Of a stretch of 64,000 nt of DNA, positions 12,295 to 26,703 are shown in pieces. Both the position numbers and the translations under genes were made by a program. Where the stretch lies: contig OZ316776.1 of the NCBI GenBank assembly GCA_973851085.1, positions 9,920,001 through 9,984,000 of the forward strand, given 5' to 3'. The DNA comes from Ptychomitrium polyphyllum. Taxonomy: Eukaryota. A model generated the notes under the pieces. It was given only the letters and a program-made list of their open reading frames with translations, made no database searches and had not been told where the DNA came from. How positions within the stretch are numbered: position 1 is the first letter of the stretch; each line of letters starts with the position of its first letter.

Positions 12295-15200
12295 ATTTGT
12301 AATAGTTTGTGGTGCAAAAATTATTTTTGAAATTAATTCAAAATTTATTGAAAATATTTATAATAATATTTTGATTTTTAACCTAAAGTTTTTTGGAATT
12401 ATAGATTTGTATATACTTTACATATAAAACTTAAAAGTAATGTATAAATAAATATGTATCTTATTTTGAATTCTATATCATAAGATAAATGATATTGATG
12501 TTTAATAAAGTATTAAGGGTATATTTTATTTTTGAAAAAAAGAATTATTTACATTACAATGTTTTAAGATTTAAATTTTTTTTAAATGGTTTATTTTATG
12601 TTTTTGGTTAAAAATGACTTTAGGCTAATATTCCATACTATATAGCTTATTTAGCAACAATTTAAGAAATTTTCACAATGAAGATATGTATTTTAAAGTT
12701 TATTTATATTGATTTTTAAAATCCAATTTTAGAATTGGATTTAATTTTTGTAGGCACCAAGTATTAAGTTGTTTAATTTTGGAAAACCAAAACTTTAAAA
12801 AGCTAACTTTTCCCTCACTTTGCATTTATAAGCATTATTATATATTGAGTTGGATTCCACGTTAAATCTAATTGACATAGTTAAATCTTGTTTTAGTCCA
12901 AAGTATTATGGAGTTTCACAAAACATATTAAAATAAGGATTCAATCTTATCCTATATTTATGTTGCAGTGTCTCTCTTTTAGAAGAATATATGTCCCATT
13001 ACATTGTTAAAATGATTCTAAACAATTTAATGGTTGAAAGTTATTTTATTGAAGTGGAATTAGTGATAGATTTTCATCTCTAACGTGTTATATTAAAAAA
13101 CCTATGTTGTATTGAAACATTATTATTTTCCAATCTACAATTTTTATAATACAATTGGCATATGATTCCAAATTTGATTTAGGTTTTTTACAACAAGTCT
13201 ATTACAAGACTTTATGGTTAAGATTTCTAAATTTCATATCCATTTAGATCTATAATAGTATAAAAAAATAACAAATTTTAACTTTAAAAAGATCTAAACA
13301 TTAAGGAATTAGGAGTTAAGGTATTTAAATTAAAGATACATATTATATGTTGAATACTTCAGAATATCATTTTCTTGTAACATTAACATAAATTTACTTA
13401 CTTTATCCTTGTAAAACTTTGAAAAAATTTATTAAAAAAAAAATACATGTCAAATTTTAACTATCCACAAAAATCCAATGTGGTAGTTGCTATTTTACAT
13501 CAAATTATTTAAGATGTTGTGCATTCTAAAACAATGGATAGAATTACTATTTTGAAAACTAGATATTATAAAGATTCTTGTGACATGAAGTTTTCTAAGC
13601 TCATGAGGAAATGCCACATCCATTGCTTTATACCATTGCCCAGGATTATATCATCAGTTATAAAATCAGAATTTTTTTCTTACATAACAAGGGTGGAAAG
13701 TGCTAACGTACTTGATAAGCAGCATATGAACGTTTATTGTCGCAACAATAGCTCAACACTGTGCAAAGAAAGGAATCCAAGGTGAAGGAATATTGTAAAA
13801 CGCCAAATATACACTACTGTAATGCAAGGTTACCGAATTACAGGAATATTCACTGCACTCCAATTTTCGAACCTGCACGCTTATCAAAATCTATATATCT
13901 TCGGTTTCTCTATGCTAGAATATAATTGGGCTTGAAATGTATCAAATATAACCAAAAATGACAAGAAAATGTTCTAATTAAAAGATTTTTTACCTGGATA
14001 CAAAATATTCTCTATAGTCTAACAACATCATTGTAATAATTGAAATCCATCTTGGCTTTTACTAGTCTAGTACAGCAATGGATAACATTTTAGACCAAGT
14101 GTTAAGGTAATTTTTCATTTCAAAATCTCTTAAATGGAATTAAAACATATTGTACCAAAGTTCTAATAGGGCATAGCATTCTTCAATGATCCCCTTGAAT
14201 ACCTTTTGTCAAAAAAATTATTACATCTTTTATACATTCATTATTACAAACTTTCACTATCATTTATTGTAGATTTTCTACTTTAAAAGTGGAAGGTGAA
14301 TTGTTCAAGTGCTCAAAAATGATATGTGATTTGAAAACTTAATAAAGGTTTCAATATGGCCATCAATGTAAAGGACTACATGTGAGAGGTGAAGGAATAT
14401 ATATACTCCATCATATTAAAGAAAACATTAAGAAGTGAAAGAATGTATAAACTCCATCATACTAAATTTTTTTTATAGTTAATAGTGATTTGTCTATTAT
14501 AGTCAGGAGACTATCTATACATCCATTCAATATGAATGTAATGTGGAGTAATATGGGTGATGAAGTATGTGCATGTGTGATATTCATGAGATTACAATGT
14601 CTTATAAAAATAAAAATAAACTTCTTTAGAAATAACATATGAAAACTTTACCATTTATAGATTGTATTACACAAGGTGTAAAATTTGAACTTCCAAATTT
14701 ATAAAAATAGCCCTCATATCAATAAATTTATGGTTTCAAATTTCACTGGAAAGTCCACATGTAATGAAAATCCTACTGCTGGTCTCCCATGTATGAAAAT
14801 TGCATCATATGTGCACATGGAAGTTGAAGGCATAGAAATAACCATGGTAGAAATATACATGCTTTTCATATTCCAAAAAAGATTTTTAAAAAATAAAAAA
14901 TAAAATACAACGCTTCTTTGGACGAAATTGTTTAATAATATCCTCAGGTTTACTTTTTAAAATTATTTTCACTCATAGAGCAAACTTGGCTTTTATTGCG
15001 AAACTGCTTATAATGACTTTGACAAGAATTTCGAAGAAGATGATGTCGGAGGAGGCTGGCAACCTCCAACAAGTTTTGCATGAAGGCAGAAATTTGGTAA
15101 ATGTGCCATCCTCACGAGAGCATCTTCCTTCTGTATTTTGCCAATTTCTGGCTATTAGTCACATATGAGTGCATTCCTGGAGAAAAATTGATGACCCTAA

Positions 15201-17172
15201 ACCAATACAAGCAATTAGTAGTTAACTACAGTAGTGAGCAGACTGTTGAATAGATAGGATGAGAATCTTTCAGCTAGTCTACACGCAAAACAAAAGTGGA
15301 AAGCAAGATAGCAGATACAACAACAAAGGAGACATACATACCTGTACACAGAAAATGCCATTAATCTGACTGCCCTTTGACTGAAGATAACACACAGAAG
15401 ATCTTCTGAATTCTGCATTGGTATTGAGTTACAAGCGTGTTAAGGAAGACAGAACCATTTCTCCTCTGGATCTTAAGCTTAGGTGTAAGCTGTAAACTTA
15501 GCATCCTATCACTAATCCGTCTACTAAACCAGTACTTGGCGACCGTTTTTGATCCCAGTCCTTGTCCTTCCTTTTCTCCAGGAAGTAGCTCCCTGTAAGA
15601 TGCAGCTACTCATTCAGGAGAAAGTACATTAAGTTCGTATAACATACTTGCAAAGCAACATAGTATTCAAACAATTTGCATTGACAGAAAACAAGCTGAT
15701 ATATTACCGTGCAGAAAGGACCAAGTGAGTTCAGCGATGTCTACACCTTTTCCAGGTCGGTGAAATCTTTTATCGACGTGTGGCTCCAACAGCCGGAGAA
15801 AGATGCTTTATTGACTTGTGCCTGCAACTGTTCACAATCGTCAAGCTGCAACCAAGTCGTTAAAGGTTTCTGCCCTTGTTTCGATTTATTCCATTTTTAC
15901 TACAGTTCCATTCACAACCAGTTGCTGCTCCAGTCCTTGTCTGTCTGCACTCATCAAAGACCTGCAACAATCTAGTGAAATGCCTGGAACATCAAAAGAA
16001 CACATACTTTCAGATCAGAATATGAAGCACAGCTTTTCTAGATACCAGGATGAGAAACAAAATTAATGTTGCAGTTCCAAAATACTACACAGGAACAAGT
16101 ATTCTTCAGGGATATACTGATAACACCACCACTGCCATAGGCTGCCGCCGCATTGAGTTTGTATCGTCCAACTGACTCTGGCAAATTACAGTGGTTACAT
16201 GCAGCAAGTCATAACAATTGGCAGACATCAATGATGCCTGAGATGTTCACTACTCGCTGCTGCAAAATTTCCATGCGACATACTTCGCTGTAGCGCTTTG
16301 AAGCGACCAAGCATCATTTACACCTACAGTATACTACTATGCATTTTAAATTCTAACAAAGAAAGGGAAACTTTAATCACTAGGTGTAAGCCGAGGACAG
16401 GAATTGCTGGCACTCTCTAATACTGCCACCCTCGCCTCTTTAAGGTGAGCGTGAATCAAGATTCTATTCTTTCTACACATGCATTCTGTATAAAATTAGT
16501 GATCCACGCCCAGTGAACCTGGTGTTTGGGTTGCAAAATTCTCTGGCAGGTACAATTTAAGTGAAGTAGACGAAACAAGGACATGATACAAATTCATCTA
16601 ACGCTTTCGTTGAGCGACGGTGACGACTTCTCACTTCTATCCCCTCTTTAGAGCTATAAGTTGGAATAGCAGTCACTGGAAATACGGATCTCAGGAAATT
16701 GGGTTAGTGTACTGTACTTCTCGTTGATTGCGAAAAAGTCCGACGACTGCATTGGGGTGTTAGGCAGGGCAGTTGATTAAAATGGTGGAGATTCACGCTA
16801 ACAAACTCCTTTCTTGTGACACTCATTCAATAATGTACCTAAAAAACTGTATATCCATAATGGAGTAGAAGAATCTCTCCAAATTAACATGTATGTGATG
16901 ATAGACATGGGTTAGACAGCCGATATTCACTTAGTCATTGGACTCTTTACATATGCCAACCAGTATTTGAATGTAACAAAACCTGGAATGCAAAGTACAA
17001 AACAGACAATTGTTTTTTGAAAAAGTCTACAAGTCCAATTGATGATTGCACATCAAACTGATTGGCACAGTTCTTAAACCCTTACTACAAGTAGTTTCGA
17101 AAGATGATCACCGCATGTTATTTCAAAAGTCGAAACTTCAATGAATACTGCAGGACCTCAACGCAATGACAT

Positions 17173-18692
<1,520 letters not shown>

Positions 18693-18863
18693 CGAGCTCG
18701 CCTGCTGCCCTATCGTGCCGACTTCGAATTCCAAACAACTCGTCCTCCGCAACCGAAACAAGAAACCCACAGACCAAAAGAGCTCAAAGCACTGTGTTGC
18801 ACAGAAAACAACTGGGAGTTGCAGGAAGAGCAGATTCTGGGCAGCTGGGTCGAGCCAGAAGGG

Positions 18864-18869
18864 TTTATA
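18864..18869 (-). promoter_or_regulatory. Candidate TATA box of the glutaredoxin gene
   Basis: Minus-strand GCTATAAACCC about 170 nt upstream of the ATG at 18692. Confidence 0.45.
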
Positions 18870-20237
18870 GCACAGACTGGCAGAGGCAGAAGATGCGGAA
18901 GGAGAACTGCAGAAGGGCACAGGCTAATGGATGAGGTCCATAGGGGGTGTTTAGGCTCTGCTCTGGAGAAGGTTACCAACGTTGATTCCACACTCTTACC
19001 CATCTAACGATCACGACACCTCCCCGTATCAATTCTACTAACCTGGTCATGTCCTTCGTTGTATCCTGTTCTTGAGGTGTGTATTGCAAACCGTCGCTGG
19101 GCCCAAAACTGATATTATCTGCCGTACTGCGTGCATATTGAAGTTTAAACTCGAATTTCGGATATAAGAGGTCTCATGGCACTGTAGCTTAGGTATTCCA
19201 GAGCAATTTTCGTTGACGGACGTGTTGGGACGCTCATGCAAGAGCTCATCTCGTCTGTACAACTAAAGACGACTTCCAGTAGTGAAAGTACAAAATGAGC
19301 CTAGAGAAAAAGAGGAAAGAACTGATCAGTGATGTAATCAGATCTCGGGATTCAGAAAGCCAAGAGTAGTTGACTCAACAAGGCCGTTCTTAAATACTCA
19401 AATACTCAAGAATTTTCAGAGGTGATGTAGTTCACACTTGTAAAAGGCAAGCGTACTGCTCTGGACATTTAACGTGGGGAAGCAAAAAGTCGAGACTCTA
19501 GGTTTGAACTCGCAAGCTTTAGTGTACTGCAAATACAATCTTTAAGTGAGATCCTATATTCGTACTCATCAGTTCTCTAAATGTGGTAGGTCAAGACCTG
19601 CTATGATTCGAAAACCTCATACACTGGGAATAAAATCACTTTACAGGACTCAACTCTAGCCAGCGACACCTGCACTATGCATCTCACACAAGAAGTACGC
19701 TTAGGACCCTCCACCGACCCAAGAACCCTTCTCAGAAACAATGTAACAGCAACAAATCAATGATGCATTCATTCTCCATATAGACAATGACATTAGAAAA
19801 CAAACAAAATAAAATTGACAGAGGATGGTTACTGAAACAAACACTAAATTAATCTGCTACAGTTATAACGTGTACGTTTAACTTATTCACATCTGACGAT
19901 ACTTGCAACTTTTTAAAAAAACCAGACCCTGCTCCAAACAATTTAAAATCAAGAGAATGCCAATGATCGATCACACTCCTTTTAAAAGCTGCCTTCAAAT
20001 CCTCAATGCTGACACTTGCATTAAAGTTCCACTATTAAATCTATCATTCCAACCTCTTACATCCCTTCCCGCCCTAATTTTGAGGGATGCTACAGTGTCA
20101 TCTTAACCCATTTTGTAGCTAGAGGAAAAAGGCTGTTTAAGCATTGTATTCATTCAAAAAGCCATTTTGAGTCAATCACAGAATCGTACACTCACATACA
20201 TTTTCTGTGTATAATCATAGTCTTTCACTGCCTTCGT

Positions 20238-21235
20238 TTACTGTCCCTTGGTGAACTCGTTCATGCCGAGAACCTTCTGGAAGGTGGGGCGAGTGGAGAT
20301 ACTAGTCCACCATGCGCTCACATGGGGCCGAGAGGTTAAAAGGTCGGCTTTGCCTGCCGCGTTGAAGAGCATGTTGGCATAGGGTAGGTGGGAGAGATCC
20401 GCCAGGGTGAAGGAGTCGCCAGCCAAGTACTTGTTCTTGGACAAGTGCGCCTCGTATACGTCCAGCACACTTTCCAGCTTCGCCACCTTCTGAAAAACAA
20501 CCTCGTCGTTGCACTTGCCGCCGAACATGGGTGAAAACACCACCTGGTACACGATCTCGGACGCTGAGGGGTTAAAGTTCTGTGCCTCCACCTCCCACCA
20601 TTGGTTCACCAGCGCCCTTTCTTTTACATTGTTGCCCAAGAGAGCCGTCCCTTGCCCCTCGAACTTCTCGGCTAAGTATCTGGCGATGGCCCGCGACTCT
20701 GCATGATGCACAAAACAGATAATAAGAACAATCGAAACCGTATAAAGCTTTATACAAAACCGTATAAAGCTTTACACCCCTCCATCAAGAAAATACACAC
20801 AGCGAGCATGGCAGAGGCGGTCTTACCAAAGAGGCAAAGATCTCCATCTTTAAGCACCGGGATCTGTCCAAAAGGCTGCATACATAGTACCACCCCCCAG
20901 AAACATCAGAATGCAACGCAGTAAAAGCCACCGACCTCCTAGCCCTAAATTTACACAATCAAGCCTTTCTCGCGCCATTGCTCTGCACAGGCCAGAACGG
21001 AATCATATCCAAAACCTCGCAACTCAAGTCAACCTGCATTGCTAGTCCTCACACAACAGGGCTAGGACATCAAGGGATCCAATACCTGCATCTGCAGGTG
21101 CTCGGGGCTCTTGTGCACGCCTTTCAACATATCCACGAACTCCAGCTTCCAGTCATCGACGTTGAGCTCACCGAGCGTGGTGAGGATACGCTGCGTGCAG
21201 GTCGAGTACCCAGCTCCATGCACGATGAGCGACAT
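20238..21235 (-). CDS. GSTF: Phi-class glutathione S-transferase, 219 aa; exons 21235-21086, 20875-20827, 20698-20238
   Basis: MSLIVHGAGYSTCTQR...HKSPEHLQMQ|PFGQIPVLKDGDLCLF|ESRAIARYLAEK...YLAGDSFTLADLSHLP. Typical phi-class three-exon structure with a 49-nt middle exon; 660 nt in frame. Confidence 0.96.
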
Positions 21236-21986
21236 GGTGCCTAGCTGTACTAGCTAACACAGCTTCTAGAAAGAATAACTACACAAGCTGGATCAGAAAC
21301 AGCGACAGAGACTAATGACACTAAATTACAACACTGTACGAGTGCCAGGCTGCAGAGATGGAATGCTTCCAAGTGTGCAGAAGGCCTGTGGAGGTTACAG
21401 CAGAAGTGGCAAAGTTGGGGGCATTATACCGCGTGCCGCTGGGGCGAGATCGGCGGGCAAGGGACGGAGGGTGCTCCGAGGGCAGCTTCGTATTGCGACC
21501 AAAGATAGAAACTGTGAGCTTTGCCTCGCTCATGGTCGCTTTGAGCATTCCATCCGTCGTGGGGAAGTTGGACTATACCGCCAAGCGGCTCACACAGATT
21601 TCGTCCTTCTCCAGCTTTAGACCTGAGCCCTTTATGTGCTAGAAGATGGTTTTGTACTTTCTTATTCCAACAGAATTAGCAAACTCATTCAGACAATTGA
21701 GTTGGTTATCTTATGTTATTTTCAGTTCCAGTTTCTTGTTCAAATTTTGGTTTGTGTGTTTACTTCAACTTCCTTGTTCCTTTAATCCCTACGTATTCAT
21801 ATGAAAACACCCAACTTTCCAAAGTTCTTCTATGTACCACACAGGTACATTGTGTGATTTATTGTTTTCGTATAAGTTTTCAAATTTTTGGATGTACATG
21901 GGTAGTTAATTTTGTATTTGCAATTTTGTATATAAATTTTTTTATATGTGTAAATTTATGAAGCTTATGTTTAATTACCCTGAGTA

Positions 21987-22080
21987 AATATTATGTAGAA
22001 CAATATTATCACACATAATATTGTAATGAGTAAATTTGTAGAATAATATTATGTGTGATAATATTGTTCTACATAATATT
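21987..22080. repeat. Perfect 36-bp inverted repeat with a 22-nt spacer
   Basis: 21987-22022 AATATTATGTAGAACAATATTATCACACATAATATT is the exact reverse complement of 22045-22080. Confidence 0.9.
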
Positions 22081-24630
22081 GTTCTACAAATTTATTCTTA
22101 CTTTGGGCCAATTTATTTTTCTATGAATTTTTTTTTTTTTCCCAAATTTGTCAATTAAACCATAAGTGTCCAAAGATCTTTCTTCATTTTCATTTCTATA
22201 GTTTTAAATCAAAGTTTTACTTTGAGATTATTTAAAATCATGCTTTTGAGATTATTAAAAATATTCCTTAAATCAAAGTTGAATTAAAAATTGTTGAATT
22301 TAATTGGCCAATTCATCACATTTCTCCATTATTTAAAAATAACTCATTAAAATTTCATCTTTATATTATTATTTCTATTCTACTTTAATTTGGATGAAAA
22401 TAATCAATATGATAGAACAAAAACTAATGGATTTATAATCAATCACAGGTTTTTTTTTAATCTTTGATGATATTCAATTTATCAATCTTTATTTTAATTC
22501 AATTTTGATTATTTTTACAACCAAACAAGTTTGTTAGGATAACATTGCAATTTGTATAGAATTTATAATTTAAAAGATTAGTTAAAAACAAACATTTGTA
22601 CAAAGTTATGCTTTAATAACTTAAATGTCATTTTAATTCATGTTGGATATTTAAAGAATAAATTTAGTTCATAATAAGAACAAAAACGAAAAATAATTGC
22701 ACATTTTAAAAAATAATAAAGAAGCATTTGATTGTTTTTTATATAAAATAAGTAACTTTGATAAGGTGAATCATTGAAACAAGTACCTTGTGGTATTCCT
22801 CATGCCTTCATGTTGATAAAGTACAAGCCAAATATTCTATTTAGAACTTTTTACTTAAAGAAAAATTACTTAAAAAATATTTTTATTAATTCTTGCATGC
22901 AATCATTATCCATATAAGAATAAAATCAACAATTTGACAATGATGAGTCATGCACACTTTTGAAGTTTGGATTTTAGTTTGTTAATCTATGTGCCAAATA
23001 AAAAAACAATATTGCACTTTAAGCCTTATATAATTAAAACTTCTATGGTTTGGAACATAAATAGAGATTTATTGAATGGACATATTTTTTTGTACAAAAA
23101 GATTATGATGTTGTAAGATTGCTTTGTACCATTTGAAAGGCCATGTATGAAGGCCTATAAAATAGACCAATGGATCTCATGCCCTATTTACATTGGCTAC
23201 CCAAGCCATTACTTCAACTAGCATTTTTTATAATCTTAAGAATAAAGTAAACAATAAAATAAACATTTAAAATAGACCAAAAAGAAGAAAAAAAGAAAAG
23301 ATGCTTATTGGACTATTGACTAGTATGGCCTTGCTATTAGTAATCACCTCATTTTTATTTTTAAATAATATTCTCTAATAATTATTTAAATAAATTTCTT
23401 TCAAAGATTTCATTTTAGCACCTAAAAATACCATTGAATTATCAAAATCTTATTTCATTTAAGATAGAAGGATCTTATTTGCCAAATTACAAAACTAAAT
23501 TCATATCTTCATATATGTGGTGCCATATGCAAATTACATACCTTTACTTTTATATATTATTAAAATTTCACTTTCAACTAAAGTTGTATTACTCCAATTA
23601 TTAAAAATGTTATGAAAGTTGACAATTAAGTCTAGCCATAATCCTAAGCCTTATTAATGCTTTACTATGGTGATTGTTATAATTTAAGGACTAAAACAAA
23701 TATTTAAAATCCAAAATAAGCAAAGTTGAACAATTTTTTATATTAATAAATAGACTTTTTAAAATATTTTTCTTGAAGGAACAATGTCATTTTCCAAAGA
23801 AGAATATGAATACTCAACTATTTTTGTAACAAAAACAAAACAATTATCAAAATTATAAATTTAAGTCTTTACATGCTATACTTTAGTGGATAAAATTTCA
23901 CCATTATGTTTTCTCTACATAAACAAATGCAATTGCTAACATCCCACATTAGTTTTTCCTTAAATAGTGAGAATTGAATAACTTATCATAGAACTACAAT
24001 TAAGCTCATTGGCTTTTCTTGGAATATACATTCCTCTTCTAAAATTCTTACAATGAAACTTAGTTCTAAGCTGAGGTCGAGAGGAGTTGTTCTAAGCTTG
24101 GATGTACAGTAAGGTGAGCCCCGGGTGACTAAAACATTGTCCATTCCACGTGAGTACCTATCAAATAAACAAAGACGCTTCTAAGCATGAGTTTCTCACA
24201 AGTTCTATCTGATATTAAGGGCTGATGGAGTATTGAGGTCTTGACCCACAATCCTGCCTTCCGACTAAAGAACCCTCTGTTAGCTGTTTGATCATTTCAC
24301 TAAAAATCTCTCACTGCTTGCTGCCAGGTTCCCACAGCACTTCGTGTATTCCACTGACAAGTAATGCAATCTCTGTCCCCATGACCCCTGTTCAGACTTT
24401 CGTACATCCACCCTGGACTAAAAGTGTACCCTCTGGTTATCAACAGGGAAAATATTTTGAACTTATCAAATCCGTTGAGTCGATCATTGAGCATAGGATT
24501 TTTCGTATCAGATATTCTGATAATCATTCCCGGAAACACACTCACGCCATGTAAAGCACAGAATCTCGTGCTTGGGGCAGTGCTTCACCCCACACCTTCT
24601 CACCATTTGAAAAATCTGATTATAGCCTCC

Positions 24631-26703
24631 TCATCTCGGTGACACACACATCATTGAGTCACTCCAAATTCCACCACTTACAGGGCTTTCATGTTTGGCT
24701 TTGGAGAGCCGATAAGGTGATAATATTGGTGTGGAGATTTCACTCGAAAAAGTATCCACGTGGGACCGACCCAGCAGCTCCAAGTCACTCACCACCTCAC
24801 CCATGGTGGGTCGCCTCTCTGGCATCTCTCTGCAGCAGCTCAGGGCTAACTCCATGAACCACTCCAAGGCTTCTGTAGAATAATGCGCTATGTGGGGGTC
24901 GACCATTGACAACAACGTCCCCTTCTTAACTTTCTTATTTGCCTGTTGATTCATCCAGCCAACCACTACCAACACATCAGCTTCTAAGGCCAGAATTTGC
25001 TAGTCCATAATCCGTTTCATCTCCTACCCACAGAGTTCATGTATTTCATTTTGAATCCATATTTTGTAGTCTGAACTGAAAAAGGATGAAGTGTTGTGAG
25101 ATTCTAATTTAAGTGCAAAAGATGCCTTGAAGTGAGTTACTCATGCTAATGGCCCATTCAAATCAAAACTTTCTATGGGAGAGTACACTAGAATTAAGTG
25201 AATGCGAGAAAATTTTATTAAGCTTGAGAGAAACTTTACCTCTCGAACGATATTCTTGCCCTCGGAGATTGCTCGCATGCCAGTAATGAGCTCCAGCATC
25301 ACAACTCCGAAGCTGTAGACATCACTCTTGTCGGTTAGTTTTTGAGTCATATAGTACTCAGGGTCTAGGTATCCTGGCGTGCCTTTCACGACGGTGGAGA
25401 CATGGCCAGGTGTGATGCCCTCCATATCTGGCACTGGTGCCAAGCATGACAGTCCGAAGTCTGCCACTTTGGCCGCCTTCCGGTTGTCTAGCAATATGTT
25501 GCTGGCCTTAATGTCTCGATGGAAAATGGGCGGGTTGGCTTCTGTGTGCAAATAGAAAATCCCTCTTGCTGAATCCCGTGCAATTCGCAAGCGGGTTGGG
25601 AAGTCCAATGGTATGCCTGACAATGCTGCGAGAAATAAAAAGATCACTTAGATTATGCAATCAGTAAATCTCTGTCAATAATTAATAACTCTTCAAGATA
25701 CGAAGTTCAATTGGATTAATTCTTACCAGATAAGTGATCCCGGAGAGTACCTCCCGACATGAATTCATACACCAACATCTATAAAATCAACAAAGATGTC
25801 CTTTAGTCACATCATCCCCGTAAGAATAACCATGTTTTGTCACCAAAAACACGGAATCTCCATGTGTCCTATAGAACGAGATCAACTCGTTTAAAATGGC
25901 AATTTCTAAACCGCAAAACAGATACTACATAATTCTGAATATCTACCAAAATCTAGTGAATCTACAGAATTATTGAATATGACCATATAAACTGCTCAAA
26001 CAGAACCGATAAGTGCAAGGCTTTCACAGCTATAGCAAATTGCCCACCTGGTGGCCCTCTTCATCGCAGTAGCCCTCAAGGATCACAAGGTTACGGTGAT
26101 GAACTCGAGACAGGAGCTCAATTTCGGTGTAAAACTCCCGGGCTCCTTGGACCGATCCCCTTTCAGCCCGCTTAATAGCCACTAGCTTTCCATCTTGGAG
26201 CTTGCCCAAGTACACCTTGCCATAGCCCCCTTCGCCAATTTGCTTCTCATCGCTGAAGTTATCTGTCGCCTCAACTAGCTCTTCATAAGTGAAGGCTTTT
26301 ACTCCAGCTACTTTCAACGCTGGATTGATCCTCTTTGTCACGTTCAACGACGATGAGCTGATTCTCTTTGTCCTCACTTTCACTCTACTCACTGCCACAA
26401 AACAATATTAGGATAAGTTGCCAAAAAAGGATCTGACCACAAATTGGAGGGAGCAAGCCTGACTAAAACAGTCTCAAATTGGCCCTTGAAATTTGTAAAC
26501 TTAAAAAACAATCCACGATTCTCATCATCATCAGATTCAGTTAGCAAACACAAACACAAGCACAAGCACAAACACACACACACACACACACACACACCCC
26601 AAAAAACCGACAACTTACAGCGTTTATGAGCTTGAAGAGCCTTTAGCTTCAAAGGCTCATGTGCATGAGCCAAGTACAGATACATTATTGCGCAGATTAC
26701 CAT
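24631..26703 (-). CDS. Ectodomain-less tandem paralogue of the LRR receptor kinase, ~392 aa (hydrophobic N-terminus plus complete Ser/Thr kinase); exons 26703-26619, 26391-26048, 25778-25727, 25625-25240, 24942-24631
   Basis: Same intron positions and phases as the 3' half of 28892-34587. Motifs [26 protein letters not shown] and [10 protein letters not shown] are intact; 1179 nt in frame without a stop. The start codon is uncertain. Confidence 0.8.
26546..26597. repeat. (CA)n/CACAAG microsatellite in an intron of the truncated kinase
   Basis: AAACACAAACACAAGCACAAGCACAAACACACACAC... Confidence 0.85.

Noticed and set aside
18710..19003. 97-aa ORF ending 17 nt before the glutaredoxin ATG (candidate uORF or transit peptide)
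   Set aside because: It is out of frame with the glutaredoxin, its ATG lies upstream of the likely TATA box at 18864-18869, and it has no recognisable motif.
20734..20777. 22-bp tandem duplication in GSTF intron 2
   Set aside because: Ordinary local slippage duplication that leaves the splice sites intact.
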